Assembly: GCA_964549685.1 (NCBI GenBank)
Contig: CAZJVE010000007.1
Span: 1-57,403 of the forward strand
Origin: an uncultured archaeon
GTDB lineage: Archaea > Altiarchaeota > Altiarchaeia > IMC4 > QMZM01
DNA: 57,403 nucleotides
Reading direction: 5' to 3'
The notes beneath the pieces are model-generated. The model saw only the letters and a program-made list of their open reading frames with translations, made no database searches and had not been told where the DNA came from. Made by a program: the position numbers and the translations under genes. This document shows, one piece after another, positions 49,509 through 57,403 of the stretch (its first letter is position 1; every line of letters starts with the position of its first letter).

Positions 49509-50452
49509 TTCAAGTAAAAACACCGGCAAGACTGCATCTTGGAATTCTCGACCTTACCGGCGATTTGGGGAGGATATACGGTTCCATCGGAGTTGCAGTG
49601 GAAGAACCTGGCATCGTTCTGGAGGCAAGGCCCTCAGACGGGCTGAGTATTACGGGCGGCGATGAGGCCGTGAATTCATTGGTGAAGAGGATTCTTATCC
49701 ATTATAATCTTGAACCTGAAATCGAGATAGAAATAAAGGAAAGAATCCCCTCCCACGCCGGGCTTGGCTCCGGGACGCAGCTCTCCCTCGCACTGGGAAC
49801 TGCAATCACAAAAATCCACAGCATCGATGCAGACATAGCCAGCCTGGCAAGAATTGCTGGAAGGGGCTCCCTCTCTGGGATAGGAATAGCAGCCTTCGAG
49901 CATGGCGGCTTTATAGTTGACGCTGGCCAGAGAGTCAACAGCAAAGGGGGGGTGCCACCCGTCATCTTCAGGCAGCCCTTTCCCGAAGACTGGGAATTCA
50001 TAATAGCAATCCCCAGAACGGAAAAGAAAGTCTATGGCCCGGAGGAGAAGGAGGCATTCAAGAGAATAATTCCCGCCCCGGCCGGAATATCGGCAGACAT
50101 CTGCCGCCTGCTGCAGGTAAAGCTTCTTCCCTCCCTAATGGAAAAAAATATCGTGGAATTTGGCCACGCCCTAACCGAGATTGACCAGAGAGTGGGTCTC
50201 TTCTTCAAGGACGTCCAGAATGGAATATACATGGATGATTCATCAAAGCAGCTGGTTCAATTCATGCTGAACAACGATTTCCACGGCGCGGGCCAGAGCT
50301 CATGGGGCCCGTCGGTCTATACTGTTGCCGAGAGTAAGAAGGCCAAGGAGAAGGAGTCCTTCTTGATGGAATTCATGCACGAGAAAGGCATTGCCGGAGA
50401 AATCATAACGACAAAGGCTAACAATTCAGGAGCTCAGGTGAATATTTTATAA
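49505..50452 (+). CDS. mptG: Beta-ribofuranosylaminobenzene 5'-phosphate synthase (GHMP family)
   Basis: 'PARLHLG', 'HAGLGSGTQL', 'RGSLSGIG', 'GGFIVDAG', 'GQSSWGP'; ATGA overlap with ychF. Confidence 0.88.
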   Translation: MIQVKTPARLHLGILDLTGDLGRIYGSIGVAVEEPGIVLEARPSDGLSITGGDEAVNSLVKRILIHYNLEPEIEIEIKERIPSHAGLGSGTQLSLALGTAITKIHSIDADIASLARIAGRGSLSGIGIAAFEHGGFIVDAGQRVNSKGGVPPVIFRQPFPEDWEFIIAIPRTEKKVYGPEEKEAFKRIIPAPAGISADICRLLQVKLLPSLMEKNIVEFGHALTEIDQRVGLFFKDVQNGIYMDDSSKQLVQFMLNNDFHGAGQSSWGPSVYTVAESKKAKEKESFLMEFMHEKGIAGEIITTKANNSGAQVNIL

Positions 50453-50472
50453 CAAAAACAAATATTAACATA

Positions 50473-51321
50473 ATGACAGAAAAACTGCAGGACATCCTCA
50501 AGAAGGGTTGGGGTATATGGAGGAAGAACCTCGTACTCTCCGTACCGTTCATCCTGAGCATTGTTCTCATCATAATGCTTGTCCTAGTCTTTGGCATAGT
50601 CATGGTGTTCCTGCTCTTACCTGTATTCGCATCCGGTATAACCGGGACTGCGGGAATGGGTATGGTGAATACAATACTCCTCATAGCAGGCATAATACTC
50701 TTGATTCTATTGATAAGCCTCACATCATCCTTCTTCTCGGCTGGAGCCATAGGGATGTCAAAGAAGGCAATAGAGCAAAAAAAACCGAACCTTGATGAGA
50801 TGACGGACTACGGTAAGAGAAAATTTATCGACCTCTTCATTGCTTCGCTGATAATCATGGCAATAACGCTTGTTTCACTGATACTGCTCGTCGGGGTCTT
50901 CATAGGAATCCCGCTGGCGCTTGGAATCTCGCCGTCGGATTCGCTAGTCTCCTTTATCCCCCTGACAATCGGGACAGCAATCTCGGTCCTATTCCTCATC
51001 GTGATTGGACTTGCACTTGCCATGGTTCCCTACGCAGTCGTAATCTCAGACCTTGGGCCCATGGATGGCGTAAAGAAAGGAATCAGCTTCTTCATGAACA
51101 ACAAGCTGCATACCTTTCTGCTCTGGCTCATTGTCATGGTAGTATCGATAGCATCCTCAATAGTCTTCAACGTGGTTCAGTTCATCATTGAGCAGATACC
51201 CGTCCTTGGAATAATCCTGAGCATCATAATCTCGCTGATATCGGTAGCGTTCTCCACAGTAGTTATTGCCCCCCTCTCAACAGTATGGTATTCATACTTC
51301 TACATGGACCGGGTCAAATAG
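50473..51321 (+). CDS. Hypothetical polytopic membrane protein
   Basis: About 6 TM; 'PYAVVI...G..DG.K.G' pattern. Confidence 0.8.
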   Translation: MTEKLQDILKKGWGIWRKNLVLSVPFILSIVLIIMLVLVFGIVMVFLLLPVFASGITGTAGMGMVNTILLIAGIILLILLISLTSSFFSAGAIGMSKKAIEQKKPNLDEMTDYGKRKFIDLFIASLIIMAITLVSLILLVGVFIGIPLALGISPSDSLVSFIPLTIGTAISVLFLIVIGLALAMVPYAVVISDLGPMDGVKKGISFFMNNKLHTFLLWLIVMVVSIASSIVFNVVQFIIEQIPVLGIILSIIISLISVAFSTVVIAPLSTVWYSYFYMDRVK

Positions 51322-51323
51322 AA

Positions 51324-51866
51324 CTATAATTCTTCAAGAATACGTTCAAACCTTGAACCAGGAGCAACCTTCCTGACAACCCGCAGGTTCTCTTTAATCT
51401 TCCTTTTGAGAAATTCCTTATCCTCATCAGAGACGTGAGGAATTTTCGTCTTGGCTATAAGGCCCTCCAGAGCCAGGGACTCGGCACGATTCACCGGCCT
51501 CGGGGCATTGATAATCCCGAACGCAAGAGGAACGGCCTTCACCCCCGCCTTATCACCCATCTCTTTTATTTCCCCCACTTCCACTTCGATGAATGCATCG
51601 GCATTCTTGAGACGCATATCCTCGAATTCAATTCTTTCTTTCTCAAAGATTGAATCATAGAAAATTGTTATATCACTTAAAAAATTAATCACGAATTTTC
51701 CTTCCCCTAGTATATTCTCATAAGTCTTCGAGCCCTTGTAAATCTCCAGCTCTATACTCTCGGAATCCCTGGTGAGAATCCCTATCGGGGCTGCGTTTCC
51801 TGCCGCAGTTACGATAACCTCGTAAACCCACCCCTTCCTGAGTCCGAATTCATCCGGAATCTTCAT
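51324..51866 (-). CDS. DUF447-family protein
   Basis: 'YEVIVT...NAAPIG', 'GSKTYEN', 'NRAE'; start at ATG 51866. Confidence 0.85.
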   Translation of the reverse strand: MKIPDEFGLRKGWVYEVIVTAAGNAAPIGILTRDSESIELEIYKGSKTYENILGEGKFVINFLSDITIFYDSIFEKERIEFEDMRLKNADAFIEVEVGEIKEMGDKAGVKAVPLAFGIINAPRPVNRAESLALEGLIAKTKIPHVSDEDKEFLKRKIKENLRVVRKVAPGSRFERILEEL

Positions 51867-52458
51867 TTCCCATCCCCAGAAAATATTCGTGAAGCCTCGA
51901 GTCACTGGTCAGTTCGGGATGGAAGGCAACGGCAAGGAGGTTCTTCTGCCTAGCCATAACTATCCTATCCTCAAACCTCGCCAGGACATCGACTCCCTCC
52001 CCGGCCTTATCTATTGCCGGAGCCCTGATGAAGACGGCATGACATGGTTCCTCCCCGAGAGCAGGGATATCCAAATCAGCCTCAAAACTCTCCCTCTGCC
52101 TGCCGAATGCATTCCTCCTCACTTTGATATCCATAAGGCCAAGGAGGGACTGCCCTGTTTTGGCTACCTCTTCATCACCCTCATTCGCGACGAGGACCAG
52201 CCCCGCACATGTTCCCATTATCGGAATTCTCCTCTTTGCCAGGCTCTTGATTTCAGAATCAATTCTATATTTTTTAATCAATTTCCCAATAGCCGTGCTC
52301 TCCCCGCCGGGAATCACCAGGGAATTCAAATCCCTGAGTTCATCCTTTCTCTTGACCTCAATGACTTCGCCATTAAACTTCATCTTCCTCATAGCATTTC
52401 GCATCGCAACCAGGTGTTCAGAAACATCTCCCTGCAAGGCGAGAACCCCGACCTTCAT
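51850..52458 (-). CDS. pdxT: Pyridoxal 5'-phosphate synthase glutaminase subunit
   Basis: 'GVLALQG', 'PGGEST', 'GTCAG', 'RNAFGRQ', 'FIRAP', 'FHPEL'. Confidence 0.96.
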   Translation of the reverse strand: MKVGVLALQGDVSEHLVAMRNAMRKMKFNGEVIEVKRKDELRDLNSLVIPGGESTAIGKLIKKYRIDSEIKSLAKRRIPIMGTCAGLVLVANEGDEEVAKTGQSLLGLMDIKVRRNAFGRQRESFEADLDIPALGEEPCHAVFIRAPAIDKAGEGVDVLARFEDRIVMARQKNLLAVAFHPELTSDSRLHEYFLGMGNEDSG

Positions 52459-55103
52459 CACTTGCCCTCCTTGACCACGGCCCCGAATATCAGGCTCAGT
52501 ATATAGAATGCAACGAGCCCGGCAAGAATTCTGGCCCATTCGCTAACGCCCAGGGGAACCACCCTGAAGTATTCCGCTGCCGGGGTGTAAAGCACCATGA
52601 GCTGCAGAAGCAGGGATATGGCAAGAGCCAGCAGAAGGTATTTGTTCGATAATATGGTCAGCTTCTCCTTGTTCCTTATAATCTGAACCCTGACAAGCTC
52701 AAAGACAACAAGGCATGTGAAGGCGATTGTCTGGGCCTTTACGAGATTCTCCAGCGGGTTCGCTTCATAGAACAGCAGCAGGGCTATGATGCTGATGGCT
52801 ACTCCCATGAAGATTATGGAATAGGCGGTGTCCCTGTTTATCACTCCCTCATCCCTGCTTCTTGGCTTTCTCTTGAGAATATCCGGCTCGGCGGGGTCGA
52901 CTCCCAGCGCCAGGGCCGGCAAACCGTCCGTCAGTAGGTTAATCCAGAGAAGCTGCACGGCAGTCAAAACTATGAGCGGCTTCCCGAGGATGAATGGCAG
53001 CGATGCTATGAATACGATAAGGACCTCGGCGAGATTGCATGAGAGCAGATAATTCACGAACTTCCTCACGTTGTCGAATATCCGCCTCCCCTCCTCTATG
53101 GCATTCCTTATGGTAGCAAAATTATCGTCGAGTAGAATTATGTCGGAGGTCTGCTTCGCAACATCAGTGCCTCTAATCCCCATGGAGATTCCGACATCCG
53201 ACGCCTTGATGGCGGGAGCATCATTTACTCCATCCCCCGTCATTGCAACGACGTGGCCGTTCTCCCTGAGGGCCTGCAGAATCGTGTATTTATGCCTTGG
53301 AGAGACCCTTGCGAATATGTCGACCTCCTCGACCTTTTCCCTGAGCTCCTTCTCCGAGATTTCATCCATGTCCTTACCCTCCATGGACCTTGCCCCTATT
53401 CCAATCTCATCCGCGACGGCCTTTGCCGTCATCACGTTATCGCCTGTAATCATGATAACCCTTATCCCTGCGGTCTTGCAGTCCTCGATGGCCTGCTTCA
53501 CCTCCTTCCTTGGCGGGTCCATCATCCCCTGCAGCCCCAGGAAAATCAGACTCTCCTCTGCGTTATCGCCGAACGGCCCCTCCCGGTAGGCCATCGCTAT
53601 AACCCTCAGGGCATTCTTCGCCAGCTTCTCATTACCCTTCAACATCTCCTCCCTCATACCATCTGTAAGGTCCTTTACTACTCCATTCTCATAGACCCTG
53701 CTGCAGGAATCCAGGACAACCTCAGGGGCTCCTTTAACGAACGCAATCTTTTTCCCCTCATACTCATGGATTGTGGTCATCATCTTTCTCTGGGAGGAGA
53801 AGGGAATCTCATCGACCCTCTTATACTCTCCCTCAAGCCCTTTCTTGTCAAGCCCCGCCTTACTGCCGGAAATCATGATAGCGACCTCGGTGGGGTCACC
53901 CAGGAATTTTTCCTCGCCATCCTCGTCATAGCCAATTCTCGCATTATTGCAGAGAATTCCAGCCCTCAGCACCGGAATGATATCATCAGACTTTACCTTT
54001 TTATTGTTTTCTGTGAATTCTCCCTTCATGCTATATCCAACCCCTGAGACATCAATGAATTTTCCATTAATCATCAACTGCTTTACAGTCATCGTGTTCT
54101 CGGTCAATGTGCCTGTCTTGTCGGTGCAGATTACATTAACCGAGCCCAGCCCCTCGGCAACGGGAAGCTTCCTAATCAATGCATTCCTCTCGACCATCCT
54201 TCTCGCCCCTATGGCCAGGGACAGGGTAATTACTGCGGGAAGGCCCTCTGGAATTGCCGCCACTCCAAGAGCTATGGCAATCAGAATCATCTCCATGGGG
54301 CTGGCCCCGCCCATGAAAATGCCTATGGCGGCCACGAATACGCTGATGAAAACTATGGCTATTCCAATCCTCCTGCCGAGGGCGTCCATCTTTAGCTGGA
54401 ACGGCGTCTTCTCGTCCTTTATGCTGCCTATGTCCTCGGCAATCTTCCCCAGCTCGCTAGACATTCCGGTTCCCACGACAATGGCCTTCCCCCTCCCTCT
54501 CAGGACGGAGGTCCCTCTGAAGAGCATATTCTTCCGTTCTGCCAGAATCGTTTCTTCAGGCAGTTTCTCAATCCCCTTCGAAACACCCTCCGATTCTCCT
54601 GTTAGTGAGGATTCGTCCACCTTCAGATTATTCCCCCAGAGAATTCTTGCATCTGCAGAAATGCTGTCGCCCTCCTCGAGCAGTAAAATGTCCCCCGGAA
54701 CCAGGTTCTCGCTTTTGATTTCGACCTCTTTACCGTTCCTCATGACAGTGCTCTTCGGTGACGAGAGTTTCCTCAGGTCCTCTATGGCTTTTTCGGCCTT
54801 GTAGTCCTGGACAAAGCCGAAGATGCCGTTAAGGAGAACGATTGCAATTATCAGGGAGCCGTCAACAAACTCTCCGATATAGAGTGAAAAGGCCGCGGCA
54901 ACGATAAGGATTATTATCAGCATGTTTTTGAACTGCTCCAGAAGAATCTCAAGGGGGCTCCTGCCGCCCCTCTCCTCTATAACGTTCTTTCCGTATTCCT
55001 CCAGACGCCCCTTTACCTCGCCCTCGGTAAGGCCTGTCTCTTCGCTGTCAAGCCTTTTGAATACGTCATCTGTGCTCAGAGAATGCCAATTATCGTCATT
55101 CAT
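52458..55103 (-). CDS. P-type ATPase, type IIA (Ca2+-transporting)
   Basis: TGES, IPEGL, DKTGT, GDGVND, 'WINLLTDG'. Confidence 0.95.
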   Translation of the reverse strand: MNDDNWHSLSTDDVFKRLDSEETGLTEGEVKGRLEEYGKNVIEERGGRSPLEILLEQFKNMLIIILIVAAAFSLYIGEFVDGSLIIAIVLLNGIFGFVQDYKAEKAIEDLRKLSSPKSTVMRNGKEVEIKSENLVPGDILLLEEGDSISADARILWGNNLKVDESSLTGESEGVSKGIEKLPEETILAERKNMLFRGTSVLRGRGKAIVVGTGMSSELGKIAEDIGSIKDEKTPFQLKMDALGRRIGIAIVFISVFVAAIGIFMGGASPMEMILIAIALGVAAIPEGLPAVITLSLAIGARRMVERNALIRKLPVAEGLGSVNVICTDKTGTLTENTMTVKQLMINGKFIDVSGVGYSMKGEFTENNKKVKSDDIIPVLRAGILCNNARIGYDEDGEEKFLGDPTEVAIMISGSKAGLDKKGLEGEYKRVDEIPFSSQRKMMTTIHEYEGKKIAFVKGAPEVVLDSCSRVYENGVVKDLTDGMREEMLKGNEKLAKNALRVIAMAYREGPFGDNAEESLIFLGLQGMMDPPRKEVKQAIEDCKTAGIRVIMITGDNVMTAKAVADEIGIGARSMEGKDMDEISEKELREKVEEVDIFARVSPRHKYTILQALRENGHVVAMTGDGVNDAPAIKASDVGISMGIRGTDVAKQTSDIILLDDNFATIRNAIEEGRRIFDNVRKFVNYLLSCNLAEVLIVFIASLPFILGKPLIVLTAVQLLWINLLTDGLPALALGVDPAEPDILKRKPRSRDEGVINRDTAYSIIFMGVAISIIALLLFYEANPLENLVKAQTIAFTCLVVFELVRVQIIRNKEKLTILSNKYLLLALAISLLLQLMVLYTPAAEYFRVVPLGVSEWARILAGLVAFYILSLIFGAVVKEGK

Positions 55104-56158
55104 AGTACTATCCTGCTTAAATCCTCTCCCCCGGCCTCCTTTATCTCCCTCGCAATCCTCCTGCCGGTGCTCATCGGTTCGTCATAAAGCAGCTGTGAAT
55201 ATTGCGAGCCCTGCATGTAGAGGTTCGTCCCGGCGACAATCCTTGCAGATATCTCGAATACAATGAACTCTAGTTTCTCAGTACAGATGCTCTCGATGCA
55301 GAAGGGCCCGACCATGCCCGGCTTGAACAGGTCCTTTGACGCATTTACCAGGTTCTCGGCTATGTCCATCATCCTGGGGAGAAGAGACTCCCTCGCAACG
55401 ACGGGGATGTTGCCTGCAACGACAAAACTCGGGTTGGGGTGCTCACTAAGGAGGTGAGAGATTCTCGCAACGCCATCCACATTAGTCTCGTACCTTATGT
55501 CAATGCCGAGCAGCTCGACCCTGTCCTTCAGTGGCGAGTAGAAGTAGTGAGGGTAAAACCTCGTCCCGATTATGTACTCCTGGATTGTGAAATTCTCTCT
55601 ATCCTCCAGTTTCATCCCCTTTATGTTCTCCTCGAATTCCTCGGCGTTGTTGGCCAGGAAGTAATTCCTGCCCCCCCTGGCGCCTGGAAATTTCACTATT
55701 GAAAGGCAGTCGATATCCTCCGGCCTGTCAAACTCTTTTGGCACCTTGAGTCCTGCCTTCATGAGCCATTCCCTCTCCCTGCCCCGGTCAGACTCCCAGT
55801 CCAGAACTGCCCTGTTGCCAAAGACCGGAACCCTTAGTTTATCCTCTATATTCTTTGCCCCCACATATTCAACGAACGAACCATGGGGGATGAGGATTAC
55901 GTTCTTCTCTATTAATTTCTGCTGGAATTTATCATCAAGGACGTCTATATACTCCTTGACCGAGAGAATATCATCAGCAATATCGAACCTCCCGTAGAAA
56001 TCCTCCTTCCCGGGCCTGCAGATAGCAAGGGTCCTGAAGCCCTCGTCCTTTGCCCCCTTTAGAATCTGCAGGGCGGTATGGCTCCCTATTGTTGCTATGG
56101 TAAGCTTCTTCCTGTCATAGCCTTCCAGCACCTTGTGAATCTCCTCCTTGGAAATCAT
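55100..56158 (-). CDS. purP: Formate--phosphoribosylaminoimidazolecarboxamide ligase PurP
   Basis: 'SHTALQI..GAKDEG', 'PHGSF', 'RYETN.DG', 'FEISARIVAGTN'. Confidence 0.9.
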   Translation of the reverse strand: MISKEEIHKVLEGYDRKKLTIATIGSHTALQILKGAKDEGFRTLAICRPGKEDFYGRFDIADDILSVKEYIDVLDDKFQQKLIEKNVILIPHGSFVEYVGAKNIEDKLRVPVFGNRAVLDWESDRGREREWLMKAGLKVPKEFDRPEDIDCLSIVKFPGARGGRNYFLANNAEEFEENIKGMKLEDRENFTIQEYIIGTRFYPHYFYSPLKDRVELLGIDIRYETNVDGVARISHLLSEHPNPSFVVAGNIPVVARESLLPRMMDIAENLVNASKDLFKPGMVGPFCIESICTEKLEFIVFEISARIVAGTNLYMQGSQYSQLLYDEPMSTGRRIAREIKEAGGEDLSRIVL

Positions 56159-57282
56159 GTTACAATCTCCTGAACCCGTTTCTCATCAACCGCCTTCTTG
56201 AGCTCCATTGCAATTCTCTCTCCGACTGAGATTCCCCTTCCATGGAGATACTCGGAGTAGGGAGTAAACTTTGTTCCGGGGGAGCCCTGCACTCTCAGGC
56301 TTATGTCAAAGACTACTGCAATTTCCTTTGGAGGGCCTGGAGTAAAGGTGGCCTGCAGGGCAAAGGGACCTATGATGCCCGGGGCGTATTCCTTCTTCGA
56401 AACCTTCACAAACTTCTCCCCCAGCTCGAAAATCTGCTCCAGTAGCGACTCCTTGACAGTGCATGCTATATGTCCTGACTCGACGGTCTTCATATCAATA
56501 TGCTTCATGGCCTCGAGCTGCTGCTCTGCCGGAAGCCTGAGAATCCCGTCCAGGTTCGTCTGCCTTCTCGTGTCTGTGCCAAGCAATTCAAGCCTGTCAT
56601 CCAGCGGCGAGTAGAAATAGTTGAAATTCACCTGTGCCCCGACGACGAATTCCTCTATGACTGCCTTCTTCAGCGCATCCTCGGTAATCGTCCCTGCAGC
56701 AAGCAGTTCATCAGCCTTGTTCCTGTACTCCTCGGGACTGGAGGCAAAGAAGAACGCCCTCTCATAAGTCCTGTGAGCCTCACTGACCTTGACAAGAACG
56801 AGCCGGTCAATGTCACCGGGCTTCTTATAGACTTTTGGGAAGGGAATCCCCGCCTTCTCCATCAAGTAGTATTGATTCCTCGGAGCGTCCCTCTCCTCAG
56901 CCCTCAGCATTGCCCTTGAGCCAAACAGAGGCAGGAGGAATTCATTCTCAATTTTATCAAATCCAACATAGACCTCAAACGAGCGGTGGGGAAGGAAGAT
57001 TGTATTCCTCTTCTGCAATTCTGTAAGAATTTTCTTATCTGTAATATTTGCAAATTTCTCAAGCACTATGGTTTCATCAACCACGCCAAGCCCATCACCA
57101 CTCTTGTAATACCTCTCATAGGTCTTCTCCCTACCCTTCTGGCAGACGACGATATTCCTAAAACCATGCTCCTTCGCCCCCCTGCATATGTCAAGAGCAG
57201 AATGTGAGCCCAGCGCCCCGACTGTAATGTCTTTCAGATTATAGCCCTTCAGGAGCCCACCTATCTCCTCTCTGGAAATCAT
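56155..57282 (-). CDS. PurP-like ATP-grasp paralogue
   Basis: 'SHSALD', 'ERAFF', 'DTRRQTNLDG', 'SLRVQGSPG'. Confidence 0.88.
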   Translation of the reverse strand: MISREEIGGLLKGYNLKDITVGALGSHSALDICRGAKEHGFRNIVVCQKGREKTYERYYKSGDGLGVVDETIVLEKFANITDKKILTELQKRNTIFLPHRSFEVYVGFDKIENEFLLPLFGSRAMLRAEERDAPRNQYYLMEKAGIPFPKVYKKPGDIDRLVLVKVSEAHRTYERAFFFASSPEEYRNKADELLAAGTITEDALKKAVIEEFVVGAQVNFNYFYSPLDDRLELLGTDTRRQTNLDGILRLPAEQQLEAMKHIDMKTVESGHIACTVKESLLEQIFELGEKFVKVSKKEYAPGIIGPFALQATFTPGPPKEIAVVFDISLRVQGSPGTKFTPYSEYLHGRGISVGERIAMELKKAVDEKRVQEIVT

Positions 57283-57301
57283 TTTAACGACTTAAAATAG
57301 T

Positions 57302-57326
57302 ATTAACTAAATATTTATTAGTTAAT
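57302..57326. promoter_or_regulatory. 9-bp inverted repeat in divergent promoter
   Basis: ATTAACTAA-N7-TTAGTTAAT. Confidence 0.45.
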
Positions 57327-57332
57327 GTAAAA

Positions 57333-57403
57333 ATGTCAGCGAAATGGGTTTTATTGGCGGTTTTCTTGATATTAGTCTCAACAACCCCCGTGGCTGAGGA
57401 AGA
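57333..57403 (+). CDS. Start of a probable secreted protein (partial)
   Basis: MSAKWVLLAVFLILVSTTPVAEE...: signal-peptide-like, open to the window end. Confidence 0.55.
   Translation, partial: MSAKWVLLAVFLILVSTTPVAEE

Overview
Gene-dense archaeal chromosomal segment (archaeal aRF1, EF-1beta, L10e, L7Ae-S28e-L24e-ndk-S19e, aNAC, archaeal TpiA/ThyA/PurP). It has about 55 CDS and two intron-less tRNAs (Gly-TCC, Gln-TTG). I saw no CRISPR array, transposase or integrase. Housekeeping genes sit alongside methanofuran (mfnA, mfnD, mfnF) and methanopterin (mptG) biosynthesis genes; an Altiarchaeota-like C1-pathway archaeon is plausible but is inference only. The left end carries surface-glycosylation genes. 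Most notable observations: (1) a 181-bp multi-hairpin non-coding element bracketed by a 23-bp duplication of the tRNA-Gln 3' end; (2) a PheRS beta gene encoding only the C-terminal half; (3) a methanofuran cluster arranged divergently around an Lrp regulator, with several uncharacterised partners; (4) two Cys-rich microproteins missed by the ORF track and a VKOR-like CxxC mini membrane protein; (5) L24e with a long His/Lys/Glu repeat tail; (6) a candidate autoregulatory K-turn in the L7Ae leader; (7) strong GATC avoidance and very short divergent promoter regions. All assignments come from reading motifs by eye; no database searches were run.
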